Assembly: GCA_041694835.1 (NCBI GenBank)
Contig: JBGFRZ010000017.1
Span: 1-33,931, forward strand
Source of the DNA: Ignavibacteria bacterium
Lineage (GTDB): Bacteria > Elusimicrobiota > Endomicrobiia > PHAN01
Direction: 5' to 3'
DNA length: 33,931 nucleotides
Under the pieces are notes generated by a model. It searched no databases. It saw only the letters and a program-made list of their open reading frames with translations, and was not told where the DNA came from. Below are positions 1 to 9,316 of this stretch, piece after piece (the stretch's first letter is position 1; each line of letters starts with the position of its first letter). The position numbers and the translations under genes are program-made.

Positions 1-15
1 ACATTGGGAGTAATT

Positions 16-858
16 ATGACATTTCAAGAGATAATTTTGACTCTCGAGAGATTTTGGGCAAAACGAGGGTGCCTTATATGGCAGCCTTATGACATTGAAA
101 AGGGCGCGGGCACTTTTAACCCCGCCACATTTTTAAGATGCCTCGGTCAGAAGTCGTGGAAAGTTGCGTATGTGGAGCCGTCAAGAAGACCCGCCGACGG
201 CAGATACGGGGAAAATCCGAACAGATTGTGCCACTACTATCAGTATCAGGTAATCCTAAAGCCGCCCCCGAAAAACATACAGGATTTGTATCTTTCATCG
301 CTAAACGCAATCGGATTAAGTCCCAAAAAGCACGATATAAGGTTTGTCGAGGACGACTGGGAAAGCCCAACGCTCGGCGCATGGGGACTCGGTTGGGAGG
401 TCTGGCTCGACGGGATGGAAATCACTCAGTTTACCTACTTTCAGCAAATCGGAGGCATAACATTGAACCCCATAAGCGTCGAGCTGACTTACGGTTTAGA
501 AAGACTTGCGATGTTCGCACAGGGAAAATCGTCCGTTTTTGAGGTTTTGTGGAATAAGGACTGCACTTATGGGGATATCCGCAAAAGAGACGAATTCCAG
601 TTTTCAAAATATAATTTCGAAGAAGCGGACGTAAATCGCCTAAAGGAAGAATTTAATTTTTTTGAGTCGGAAGTCGGAAGACTTGTTGAAAAAGGACTTT
701 ACATTGTGGCATATGATTTTGTGCTCAAATCTTCTCACTGCTTCAATCTGCTTGAAGCCAGAGGTACGATATCTGTTTCCGAAAGGACTTCCTACATAGC
801 AAGGGTGAGAAATCTGGCGAAGTTGGTTGCTGTGGCATATATGGCAAATAGCGGATAG
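16..858 (+). CDS. glyQ: Glycine--tRNA ligase alpha subunit
   Basis: [10 protein letters not shown]...[44 protein letters not shown] motifs; ATG at 16 after GGGAG. Confidence 0.97.
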   Translation: MTFQEIILTLERFWAKRGCLIWQPYDIEKGAGTFNPATFLRCLGQKSWKVAYVEPSRRPADGRYGENPNRLCHYYQYQVILKPPPKNIQDLYLSSLNAIGLSPKKHDIRFVEDDWESPTLGAWGLGWEVWLDGMEITQFTYFQQIGGITLNPISVELTYGLERLAMFAQGKSSVFEVLWNKDCTYGDIRKRDEFQFSKYNFEEADVNRLKEEFNFFESEVGRLVEKGLYIVAYDFVLKSSHCFNLLEARGTISVSERTSYIARVRNLAKLVAVAYMANSG

Positions 859-878
859 AGGGTAGAAGGCAGACAGGA

Positions 879-1274
879 TTATCCCATCCTTGCCTTTTTC
901 ATTTCCGCTCTCGCGTAGGAAAGAACTTGCTTTATCGTGTTTTTATCGGTTTGTTCCTTGTTAAACCGGATTCCATAGACGAAAGTGGGTGGGGTTATGC
1001 GCTTGCGTTTTATGAATCCCGCTATAGAAACCCTGTGTTGGGGCATGGAAAACATTATAATAACCTCGTCGTCCACTTTGAATTCGTCGAAACTCTCTAT
1101 GGCTATGCCGCTTGAGCTTACATCGATGACAGCGGTCCTTTTGTAGTGCTCCTCTTCGTGCCTGAACTTTATCGGGGATATGGTGACGATTCCGTGGAGT
1201 TTGAGTCGCTCCGGCCTTTTTGTGTAGCCGTATTTTAATCCAAGATACAACTCTTTAATTTTGCCGAAAATCAT
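879..1274 (-). CDS. PilZ-domain protein
   Basis: KRPER (RxxxR-like) and DVSSSG (DxSxxG) motifs, C-terminal YGIRF; start taken at ATG 1274. Confidence 0.7.
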   Translation of the reverse strand: MIFGKIKELYLGLKYGYTKRPERLKLHGIVTISPIKFRHEEEHYKRTAVIDVSSSGIAIESFDEFKVDDEVIIMFSMPQHRVSIAGFIKRKRITPPTFVYGIRFNKEQTDKNTIKQVLSYARAEMKKARMG

Positions 1275-1276
1275 AT

Positions 1277-1305
1277 TTGCATTATACAAAAATTTATGTT
1301 AAAAT
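1277..1305 (+). promoter_or_regulatory. Sigma70-type promoter upstream of tmk
   Basis: TTGCAT (1277-1282), 17 bp spacer, TG-extended TAAAAT (1300-1305). Confidence 0.5.
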
Positions 1306-1376
1306 ACAATAGCAAGTTGTAAAAATATTAGTTTTGAAATTTATAGGGGAGACCGAATGCCGAGGGAAACAGTCAT

Positions 1377-2021
1377 ATGAGAGTAAGCAAGAAGAAAGGA
1401 ATTTTCATAACTTTCGAAGGGCCTGAAGGCTCAGGTAAATCGACGCAGGCAAAGTTGATATATGATTTTCTCATAAAAAGGGGGTACAAGGTTATACACA
1501 CCCGGGAGCCCGGTGGAACGGGTGTCGCCGAGGCTATTCGGCAGATTCTTTTGAACCCAAAATATAGCGTATCGCCGATGACGGAGCTTCTCTTGTACGA
1601 GGCGTCCCGCCACCAGCATACACAGGATGTCATAACCCCAGCCATTAAGAGCGGAAAGGTCGTTATTTGCGAACGTTACACGGATGCCACGCTTGCGTAT
1701 CAGGGCTATGGCCGCGGCATAGATTTAAAAACAATAGAATTTTTAAACAAAATGGCAACTGAAAACTTAAAACCCGACCTTACTCTCTATCTTGATATAC
1801 CGTCGGGCAGGGGGCTTGTTAAAGCAAGAAAGAAGCTCTATTACTCAAACGGCGACAGGATAGAAAACGAATCAATGAAGTTTCACGGAAAAGTCCGACG
1901 GGGCTATCTGAAAATCGCAAAGAAAAATCCGGAGAGAATAAAAGTCGTAAAGGTGCAGAGCGATATAGATTTTACAAATAAGAAGATATTAAAAATAATA
2001 ATGCGGAAAGTGAAAAAATGA
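1377..2021 (+). CDS. tmk: Thymidylate kinase
   Basis: FITFEGPEGSGKSTQ P-loop, TREPGGT, AYQGYGRG. Confidence 0.97.
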   Translation: MRVSKKKGIFITFEGPEGSGKSTQAKLIYDFLIKRGYKVIHTREPGGTGVAEAIRQILLNPKYSVSPMTELLLYEASRHQHTQDVITPAIKSGKVVICERYTDATLAYQGYGRGIDLKTIEFLNKMATENLKPDLTLYLDIPSGRGLVKARKKLYYSNGDRIENESMKFHGKVRRGYLKIAKKNPERIKVVKVQSDIDFTNKKILKIIMRKVKK

Positions 2022-2081
2022 ATTTGCGCCGCCTCCCGAAATTATTGAGACCATTGAAAAACCTCACCACAGAGGCATTCA

Positions 2082-2110
2082 CCCCGTTAGATAGCAAGCA
2101 TCTAACGGGG
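2082..2110. repeat. CCCCGTTAGAT...ATCTAACGGGG palindromic element (copy 1)
   Basis: 11-bp perfect inverted repeat; same termini at 20336-20422 and 27378. Confidence 0.8.
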
Positions 2111-2264
2111 CAAGGAGCACAGAGAAAAACTTTACAACGAAAACACGAAAGTCAGAAATCACGAAAAAAATAATCCCCCTATTTCCCCCTTTAATAAAGG
2201 GGGAAGCGAAGCAGGGGGATTTACAGTGACTTGTGCACTTGTGCTCTTATGCCTTGTGCACTTG

Positions 2265-2287
2265 TGCAGACCAAGGTCTGCAACTAC
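2265..2287 (-). repeat. GTAG-type REP-like palindrome
   Basis: Reverse strand reads GTAG-TT-GCAGACC-TT-GGTCTGC-A. Confidence 0.6.
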
Positions 2288-2400
2288 AAAACTTGTGCTT
2301 TGTTGCAAAAAATTTCTTACACATTTTTTGCGTCTCGTGTGGTAGAAGAAATTTTTCAATAATCTCAAATTATTCGCGGACGGTGAAGCGAATAGAACAA

Positions 2401-3279
2401 ATGTTCGAAAGTATATTGGGTCAAAAACACGCCGCAGAGATTCTTGCAAAATATGTTAAATCCGGAGATGTCCCCCCGGCGCTTTTGTTTTTGGGTCCGT
2501 CGGGGGTTGGAAGAAAAACGATGGCCGCGGAGTTTGCGAGAATACTAAACTGTGAATCCGCCGTCGCCCCCTGCGGTTCCTGCCGCTCCTGCGCCTTGAT
2601 GTCAGCAGATTCGCACCCCTCTTGCTTTACTATCGACTTTGAGTGGCAGAAAAGGTTTCTGGAAAAGGAACTAAAGGAGATCAGCATACACACCGTGCGA
2701 GAGATTCAGCGGCAACTTTCGCTAAAGATCTCGTTCGGAAAAAAAAGGATTGTTATAATCGCCGCATCGCAGAGGTTGTCGTCTGAGGCGGCGAACGCGT
2801 TGTTAAAGACGCTTGAAGAACCCCCGGATAATACGACTATAATTTTGATAAGTAACTCGAAAAAACAGCTTCCGCCGACTGTGGTTTCGAGATGCCAGCT
2901 TGTGCCGTTTTCTTTTTTAAGCAGGGAATCCGTAAGAGGAAAACTCAAAGAGATGAAAAAAGAGCTGACAGAGGAAGAAATCGATTTTTTTTCGGAGATT
3001 TCGGAAGGGTCGCTTTCGAAAGCTATAAGATATCTTGAAAAATGGGAAGATTACAATGCTCTTGAGAAAGATTTTGAGATGCTTGATTTGAAAGCTTTCA
3101 AAGACGTTGAGTTGAACGAGTTTCTCGATTATCTTGCGGCCCGCCGAAGAAAAAAATTTACCGCGAATCCCGATGAATACTTCTTTGTTTGGGAATCGCT
3201 TGGATGGGCGAAAAATCAAAATAGCATGGGCGTCAATAAAAACATGATACTTACAGAACTTCACACGAAATTACTTTGA
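2401..3279 (+). CDS. holB: DNA polymerase III delta' subunit
   Basis: MFESILGQ, ALLFLGPSGVGRKT, C-x-PCGSCRSC zinc motif, AANALLKTLEEPP, TVVSRC; the upstream ORF extension lies inside the MITE. Confidence 0.92.
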   Translation: MFESILGQKHAAEILAKYVKSGDVPPALLFLGPSGVGRKTMAAEFARILNCESAVAPCGSCRSCALMSADSHPSCFTIDFEWQKRFLEKELKEISIHTVREIQRQLSLKISFGKKRIVIIAASQRLSSEAANALLKTLEEPPDNTTIILISNSKKQLPPTVVSRCQLVPFSFLSRESVRGKLKEMKKELTEEEIDFFSEISEGSLSKAIRYLEKWEDYNALEKDFEMLDLKAFKDVELNEFLDYLAARRRKKFTANPDEYFFVWESLGWAKNQNSMGVNKNMILTELHTKLL

Positions 3280-3301
3280 TGAGCCAGACAAACAGGAAAG
3301 T

Positions 3302-4093
3302 ATGCCTTTATTAACAGAAGTGTCGATAAGAAAAAATATGCAGATAATCCAGTGTGACGCTGGCGAGCTGGATTTGGACCCCACAGACAGAGTTTTAGTT
3401 GAGACGGAACACGGCCCCGAGGTGGGATTGGTTTGCCAGAAAGAGAGGTTTGTCAAGGAAGATATAAAGCCAGAGGGCAAGATCGTAAGAATTCTCGGAG
3501 TCGAAGATATAGAGAAGATCAAAGAAAATAGAACGAAAGAGCAAGAAGCGATAAAAATAGTTCATCAAAAAATAGAAGATTCCGAGATAGAGATGCATCT
3601 TACGACAGTGGAGTTCAACTTTGACAGAACCAAACTTTTTGTTTATTATACCGCGGAAAACAGGGTCGATTTCAGGGATTTTATAAAGAGCCTCGGACAT
3701 ATACTTAGGACAAGAATTCAGATGGTTCAGATCGGCGTTCGGGACGAGACTAAGATGCTCGGCGGACTTGGAATCTGCGGGCGGGCTTTTTGCTGTGCAA
3801 GTTTTCTCAGAGATTTCAGCACCATAACTATTGACATGGCGAAACATCAAGACATAGCACTTAACATACAGAAGCTGTCGGGCCACTGCGGAAGGCTTTT
3901 GTGCTGTCTGAATTACGAGGAGAATTTCTATGTTGGCGAGAGGAAAAAATTTCCGAGGGTCGGCTCCAACGTCAGCACGCCTCAGGGCACCGCATCAGTC
4001 GTTTCTTTCAACTGTCTGAGCCATGACGTGGCAGTCAAATTTTCAGACGGCGTATTAAAAACCTTCAAACTCGAGCAAATCAAATCGGTTTAA
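3302..4093 (+). CDS. ricT: PSP1/RicT (YaaT) family protein
   Basis: YYTAENRVDFR, QIGVRDE, GGLGICGR..CC, KLSGHCGRLLCCLNYE; usual holB-yaaT-metG context. Confidence 0.88.
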   Translation: MPLLTEVSIRKNMQIIQCDAGELDLDPTDRVLVETEHGPEVGLVCQKERFVKEDIKPEGKIVRILGVEDIEKIKENRTKEQEAIKIVHQKIEDSEIEMHLTTVEFNFDRTKLFVYYTAENRVDFRDFIKSLGHILRTRIQMVQIGVRDETKMLGGLGICGRAFCCASFLRDFSTITIDMAKHQDIALNIQKLSGHCGRLLCCLNYEENFYVGERKKFPRVGSNVSTPQGTASVVSFNCLSHDVAVKFSDGVLKTFKLEQIKSV

Positions 4094-4096
4094 TCC

Positions 4097-5605
4097 ATGA
4101 AGAAATACATAACCACGCCCATTTATTACGTCAACGACATCCCTCACATCGGCCATGCTTATACGACAGTTGCGGCGGATGTCCTGTCTCGTTTTTATCG
4201 TCTTAAAGAAGAGGATGTTTTTTTTCTGACAGGCACTGACGAGCACGGGACGAAGGTTGCCGGCGCCGCCGAATCTCTCGGAAAATCCGCCAAGGATTTC
4301 TGCGATGAAATATCCTTTGAGTTCGTTAAAGAATGGAAAAATCTCGATATAAAATACGACCGCTTTATCAGAACCACTGACGCCGGGCATATCAAGTGCG
4401 TAAAAACCGTTCTTAAAGAGCTCTATGACAGGAAACAAATTTACAAAGGGATTTATGAGGGGCTTTACTGCACGGGCTGCGAGAAGTTTCTTGCCGAAAG
4501 CGATCTCGTCGAAGGGGTTTGCCCCCACCATAAAAAAAAGCCCGAAAAATACAGTGAAGAAAATTATTTTTTTAAGCTCTCACTCTACAAAGACAAACTT
4601 ATAAAGATACTATCCGATAAAAATGACCCCGATTATATGGAGGTAAAACCTGACGAAAGAAAAAACGAGATAATAGGAAAATTAAAACTCGGCCTTGACG
4701 ACATATCCATATCCCGCTCAAAGGTGGAATGGGGAGTTCCACTCATTTTCGACGAATCGCAGACCACCTATGTCTGGATAGACGCTCTCATAAATTACAT
4801 CTCAGCGATTGGTTGCAAATCTTCTTCCGGATTTAATAAGTGGTGGCCTGCCGACTGCCATCTTATGGCCAAGGACATACTTTGGTTTCATGCTGTCATA
4901 TGGCCGGCGGTGCTTATGGCAATTGGCATTAGTCCCCCGAAAAAACTTTTCGCTCACGGTTTCTTTACACTCAACGGACAGAAGATGTCTAAAAGCCTGA
5001 AGAACATGATAAGGCCATCGGAACTGACCGGCAAATTCGGCGTTGATGCCACCAGGTATTTACTGCTTTCGCTTTTTCCTTTCGGAATCGACGGGGATAT
5101 TTCATGGGATGCACTGACGAAAAAATATAACGCCGATCTCGCCAACAACATAGGGAATCTTCTGGCAAGAACCATCGCTATGGTTGAAAAATATTTTGAC
5201 GGAAAAACCCCATCTCCAGGAGGGGAAAATAAATTCAGCATACTTGATAAAATCATGGAATTTGACACTTATATGAAAAACCTGGAGTTTCATCTTGCGA
5301 TAAATGTGGTGCAATCGGCGGCGGATGCGTCGAACAAATACATTGAAGAAACCGCTCCCTGGGTTTTGTTTAAAAAAAACGACCCGAAACTTGCAAATGT
5401 GCTCTATGGCCTTCTTGAATCAATAGGGATAATAACGATTCATTTTCAGGTGTTTATGCCGAATGCCTCTGAGAAAATGTGGGCAAGTCTCGGAGCTAAA
5501 AAGTCGCTTATGACGGCTTCGGAAGAGTTTTTCGACGGAAAAATCGATTTTCTTTTACCGGGTTCAAAAATTTCAAAGTCCCCACCACTTTTTCCTCGCA
5601 TCTAA
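4097..5605 (+). CDS. metG: Methionine--tRNA ligase
   Basis: YITTPIYYVND.PHIGH, GTDEHG, YVWIDALINY, KMSKS. Confidence 0.97.
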   Translation: MKKYITTPIYYVNDIPHIGHAYTTVAADVLSRFYRLKEEDVFFLTGTDEHGTKVAGAAESLGKSAKDFCDEISFEFVKEWKNLDIKYDRFIRTTDAGHIKCVKTVLKELYDRKQIYKGIYEGLYCTGCEKFLAESDLVEGVCPHHKKKPEKYSEENYFFKLSLYKDKLIKILSDKNDPDYMEVKPDERKNEIIGKLKLGLDDISISRSKVEWGVPLIFDESQTTYVWIDALINYISAIGCKSSSGFNKWWPADCHLMAKDILWFHAVIWPAVLMAIGISPPKKLFAHGFFTLNGQKMSKSLKNMIRPSELTGKFGVDATRYLLLSLFPFGIDGDISWDALTKKYNADLANNIGNLLARTIAMVEKYFDGKTPSPGGENKFSILDKIMEFDTYMKNLEFHLAINVVQSAADASNKYIEETAPWVLFKKNDPKLANVLYGLLESIGIITIHFQVFMPNASEKMWASLGAKKSLMTASEEFFDGKIDFLLPGSKISKSPPLFPRI

Positions 5606-5776
5606 ACTCCTGATTGTTTCGCAGATTTTGAATTTTTACAAGTATTTTATATAATGAGGACGTTGAAGAAGGTTATTTACCACTTTTTTATTATGGAGGC
5701 AGATGGATTGTAAGATAAAAATTTATACTTTGAGTCGCTTTGCAAACCAGGAAACTCTACAAGGAGGGACTACTCA

Positions 5777-5977
5777 ATGAATATTGCATTGAAAACCAGA
5801 ATTGTTAAAAAGAAACCCAATTTAATCAGTTTTGAAATTGAGCGGGAAAACTTTGAAGCATTCTGTAATGCAGCAGGATTGTTCCGGACCAGTTTTATCA
5901 ATTACCTTAAAATGTCAGAAAAAGATTATAAAGCAGGACGAATTAAAGAAAGAAAATCACTATATGAACTGATATAA
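5777..5977 (+). CDS. Putative type II antitoxin
   Basis: 66 aa, C-terminal SEKDYKAGRIK..KSLYELI typical of RelE-partner antitoxins; GGAGGG RBS; directly upstream of the toxin. Confidence 0.6.
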   Translation: MNIALKTRIVKKKPNLISFEIERENFEAFCNAAGLFRTSFINYLKMSEKDYKAGRIKERKSLYELI

Positions 5978-5980
5978 ACA

Positions 5981-6259
5981 GTGATAACAACATATACGAC
6001 CAATACATTTGACAGATTATTTGAAAAACTTGATCGTGAAATACAGAAAAAAGCAGCAGTAAAAACAGGAATTTTTAGGCATAATCCGTTTAATCCAATT
6101 TTGCGAACAGAAAAACTGCATCCAAAAAAGTTTGATGTGTGGAGTTTCAGAGTGGATATAAATTACAGAATTGTGTTTCAATTTATAGGCAGGGAAAAAG
6201 TACTTTTTATGTATATCGGTCACCATAATCAGATTTATAGTTATGATTTGTTCAGATAA
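5981..6259 (+). CDS. RelE/ParE-superfamily toxin (mRNA interferase-like)
   Basis: 92 aa basic protein, NPFNPILRTEKL, WSFRVDINYRIVF, IGHHNQIY. Confidence 0.8.
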   Translation: MITTYTTNTFDRLFEKLDREIQKKAAVKTGIFRHNPFNPILRTEKLHPKKFDVWSFRVDINYRIVFQFIGREKVLFMYIGHHNQIYSYDLFR

Positions 6260-6401
6260 AACTTTTTATGAAAACCAGAACTTTACTATATATCTGCTTG
6301 TAGAAGCGGGCGTCCAAATAAGTTAAATATCTGAGGAGCAATAAAAAAAGTTAAAGGTAATATAAAGTGTTAAAGCAGAAACAATTAAATGGGAGATTTT
6401 T

Positions 6402-6719
6402 ATGCAGGCTATAGTTTTAATTAATTCACAACAGTTAAAAGTTGGAGTCGGACAGAAGATTATCGTTAATAAAATTGCAGCGAAACCGGGCGAAAGAATA
6501 GAATTTGACAAAGTTCTTTTCTGTGGCGACGGGAAAAACGTTCAAATCGGAAAACCAACTATAAAGAATGCAAAGGTCGTTGCAGAGGTGCTAAAGCAGA
6601 AAAGAGGTCCGAAAGTAATCGTTTTCAAAAAAAGATCCAAGAAGGGTTACAAAAAAACACAGGGCCACAGGCAGTATCTTACAGAGCTTGTTATAAAAGA
6701 TATAAATTTTAGTAGATAG
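6402..6719 (+). CDS. rplU: 50S ribosomal protein L21
   Basis: GPKVIVFKKRSKKGYKKTQGHRQYLT. Confidence 0.96.
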   Translation: MQAIVLINSQQLKVGVGQKIIVNKIAAKPGERIEFDKVLFCGDGKNVQIGKPTIKNAKVVAEVLKQKRGPKVIVFKKRSKKGYKKTQGHRQYLTELVIKDINFSR

Positions 6720-6817
6720 TAGCGGGTAGCGAGTAGGTAGGATATAGGGCAACTGCAAACTTTTTCAAACCGCAATTCCCTATCTACTATCTACCCGCTA
6801 CTCGCTACTATACTACT
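6711..6817. repeat. Heptamer-periodic hairpin (TAGCGRG / CYCGCTA) between rplU and rpmA
   Basis: AGTAGATAGTAGCGGGTAGCGAGTAG pairs with CTACCCGCTACTCGCTACTATACTACT; includes the rplU TAG. Confidence 0.85.
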
Positions 6818-6844
6818 GCTCTGCACTTAAATTAAGGAGAAACT

Positions 6845-7108
6845 ATGGCTCATACAAAATCGCAAGGTTCCACAGCTAACGGCAGAAACTCTCCGGGTCA
6901 GAGGCTCGGCATGAAAACTTTCGGCGGTGAGACGGTTTGTCCCGGCGCCATAATAATGCGCCAGCGCGGCACAAAGGTATACCCCGGTCTAAATGTCGGG
7001 ATTGGCTCGGATTTTACGCTTTTTGCCAAAAAATCTGGCGTTGTCCAGTTCAAGAGGGGAACAAAAGATCGTCTCATTGTAAACGTGATTCCATCCATAA
7101 AAGAGTAG
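6845..7108 (+). CDS. rpmA: 50S ribosomal protein L27
   Basis: [30 protein letters not shown]. Confidence 0.97.
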   Translation: MAHTKSQGSTANGRNSPGQRLGMKTFGGETVCPGAIIMRQRGTKVYPGLNVGIGSDFTLFAKKSGVVQFKRGTKDRLIVNVIPSIKE

Positions 7109-7141
7109 TCGCACCCCGGAACATTAAATGTTCCACTCAAG

Positions 7142-8383
7142 ATGTTTATAGATAAGGCAAGGATAGATGTTATCGCTGGCCGCGGCGGCGATGGTATAAT
7201 GAGTTTCAGGAGAGAAAAATACGTTCCTTACGGCGGACCCTGCGGGGGCAACGGCGGCGATGGGGGAAACGTTTATCTTGTCGCTTCCTCTCATATTAAA
7301 ACACTCCTTGATTTTAAATACAAACCGCACTTTAGAGCAACTGACGGTACAAAAGGACAGTCCTCGAACAGATATGGCAAAACGGGAGAGGATTTAACGA
7401 TCAAAATTCCTGTCGGAACTGTTGTTTACAAAAATAGCGAATTTTTTTATGATTTCGATAAACCTTTCAAGATAAAAAAAGTCGCCGAAGGGGGCCGCGG
7501 CGGGAGAGGGAACCAAGCATTCAAAACGCAAAAAAACATAGCGCCTCATCTTTATGAAAAAGGACAGCCCGGAGAGAAAGCAACGCTCGACTTTGAATTG
7601 AAACTCATCGCCGATGTCGGGATAGTCGGCTTTCCAAATGCGGGCAAATCCACTTTCCTTTCAAGAATATCATCGGCACATCCCAAAATAGCACCCTACC
7701 CTTTTACGACGCTTTTCCCGAATCTTGGTGTGGTAAAGATATGGGAAAAGACGCTTGTTTTCGCGGACATACCAGGCCTTATCGAGGGTTCACACGAGGG
7801 GAAAGGTCTCGGTCATGAGTTTTTGAGACACATAGAGAGAACAAGGATTCTCGTTCACATAGTTGACGGGAGCGTCGGCGGAGCCGAGCCACTGAAAAAT
7901 TACAGAGCCCTTCTGAACGAATTGAAACTCTACTCAAAAAGCATTGCCCAAAAACCAATGCTCGTTGCTTTCAACAAAATGGATTTACCCATCGCTGCAA
8001 AAAATTTAAGGACGTTTGAAAAAAAACTGAAAAAATGCAAAATATTCCCGATTTCTGCGGTCACAGGCGAAGGGATAAATTCCATACTCGAATATACAGC
8101 AAAAATTTATGAAAAACTTCCCGAGTCTAAAATAGAGTATGAGACGAGAAAATTTATTTATGAGCCGACTTACAGGATAATAAAAGAGGGCAATGTCTTT
8201 ACGATAAAAGGGAAAAAAATAGAAGACCTCGCCGCTATGACCGATTTCGAAAATGAAGAGTCATTGAAAAGATTTCAGAGCATCATAAAAAAAATGGGCA
8301 TCGAGGGAGATCTTATAAAATCCGGCATAAAAGAAGGGGCTCTCGTTAGAATCTGGAAGAGAGAATTCGAATTTTTTAAATAA
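7142..8383 (+). CDS. obgE: GTPase ObgE/CgtA
   Basis: Gly-rich Obg domain, ADVGIVGFPNAGKST, YPFTTL, DIPGLIEG, NKMD, C-terminal OCT-like domain. Confidence 0.97.
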   Translation: MFIDKARIDVIAGRGGDGIMSFRREKYVPYGGPCGGNGGDGGNVYLVASSHIKTLLDFKYKPHFRATDGTKGQSSNRYGKTGEDLTIKIPVGTVVYKNSEFFYDFDKPFKIKKVAEGGRGGRGNQAFKTQKNIAPHLYEKGQPGEKATLDFELKLIADVGIVGFPNAGKSTFLSRISSAHPKIAPYPFTTLFPNLGVVKIWEKTLVFADIPGLIEGSHEGKGLGHEFLRHIERTRILVHIVDGSVGGAEPLKNYRALLNELKLYSKSIAQKPMLVAFNKMDLPIAAKNLRTFEKKLKKCKIFPISAVTGEGINSILEYTAKIYEKLPESKIEYETRKFIYEPTYRIIKEGNVFTIKGKKIEDLAAMTDFENEESLKRFQSIIKKMGIEGDLIKSGIKEGALVRIWKREFEFFK

Positions 8384-8386
8384 AAG

Positions 8387-8440
8387 AGACACAAGTCGCA
8401 ATCTTGACTTGTGCACTTATGCCTTATGCTCTTAAGCACT
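8387..8440. repeat. Octamer (CTTGTGCA/CTTATGCT) repeat with hairpin
   Basis: CACAAGTC...GACTTGTG stem plus octamer units; same family as 2229-2268 and 26955-27038. Confidence 0.65.
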
Positions 8441-8453
8441 GGTGAGGAAATGT

Positions 8454-8657
8454 ATGCGAGAATGTAATGTTTCTAAAAAGATGAAGAACTGCAACTGCAC
8501 TTACGAACCATGTCCTCGGAAAGGTATTTGTTGCGAATGCCTTAATTATCACCGTATTCGCTACCAGTTGCCCGCTTGTTATTTCACCACGGAGTTTGAA
8601 AAAACATACGACCGGTCGGTTGAGAATTTCATCAAATGTTACAAAGAATGGATTTGA
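8454..8657 (+). CDS. Small Cys-rich protein (DUF6485-like)
   Basis: [20 protein letters not shown]...QLPACYF...EKTYDRS pattern; GAGG RBS. Confidence 0.75.
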   Translation: MRECNVSKKMKNCNCTYEPCPRKGICCECLNYHRIRYQLPACYFTTEFEKTYDRSVENFIKCYKEWI

Positions 8658-9043
8658 GAAGTTTGATTAAGTGGGCAAGGGTCTTTCTGTGGTGCGGACT
8701 GATTTTCTATCTTTCCAGTATCCCCAACCTGAAGACGGAGTTCGGCATATGGGATTTGATATTCAGAAAAATCGCCCACATGTTTGTGTTCGGGCTCCTT
8801 TTTTTATTCTTGTGCTCGGCTATATCGGGAAGTTTTGACATAGCAACCTCGAAAGTATATGTTTTCTCCGTTGTTTTTAGTATAATGTACGCGGTGTCGG
8901 ACGAGTATCATCAGAGTTTTGTTCCGGGCCGCCATGGTTCAGCAGTTGATGTCTTGATAGATTCCGTCGGTATTTTTACCGCTTTGCTCGTAAAAAAGAA
9001 AAAGTCCACAGGTATTTCATATAAAGATGATGAAAATAAATAA
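8648..9043 (+). CDS. VanZ family membrane protein
   Basis: [37 protein letters not shown]. Confidence 0.9.
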   Translation: MDLRSLIKWARVFLWCGLIFYLSSIPNLKTEFGIWDLIFRKIAHMFVFGLLFLFLCSAISGSFDIATSKVYVFSVVFSIMYAVSDEYHQSFVPGRHGSAVDVLIDSVGIFTALLVKKKKSTGISYKDDENK

Positions 9044-9050
9044 TAGAAAT

Positions 9051-9316
9051 CAGAGCAGCAGAGGTCAGAGATGAGAGGACAGAGGTCAGGGGACAGAGAT
9101 GAGGGCAGTAGAGAATTAGTGGCTCGTGGTTCGTGGCTCGTGACTCGTGGCTCGTGGCTCGTGGCTCGTGACTCGTGGCTCGTGGCTCGTTGTTCATTTC
9201 CTCCAGCCACCAGCCACAAGTCATCAGTCACTAACAAGTCACCAGACACCAGACACCATACACCAGACACCAGTCACTGTTTACTATTTACTATTTACTA
9301 TTTACTCTTTACTCTT
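9051..9316. repeat. Multi-block heptamer repeat array
   Basis: Blocks of CAGAGRN, CGTGGCT, CCAGCCA/CCAGACA and TACTATT/TACTCTT units. Confidence 0.9.

Larger units (their letters stand above)
2047..2366. mobile_element. Composite MITE with nested palindromic repeats
   Basis: Imperfect TIRs GAGACCATTGAAAAA / TTTTTCAATAATCTC; 8-bp direct repeat AAATTATT at 2039-2046 and 2367-2374; no transposase. Confidence 0.7.

Noticed and set aside
2233-2400. 56-aa N-terminal extension of HolB in the ORF track
   Set aside because: It lies mostly within the MITE and repeats; family similarity starts at ATG 2401.
6720-6844. Missing prp (ysxB) gene between rplU and rpmA
   Set aside because: L27 begins MAH without the N-terminal extension Prp cleaves, so absence is expected.
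9051-9316. Possible CRISPR array
   Set aside because: Units are 7-nt tandem repeats without unique spacers, and no cas genes are present.
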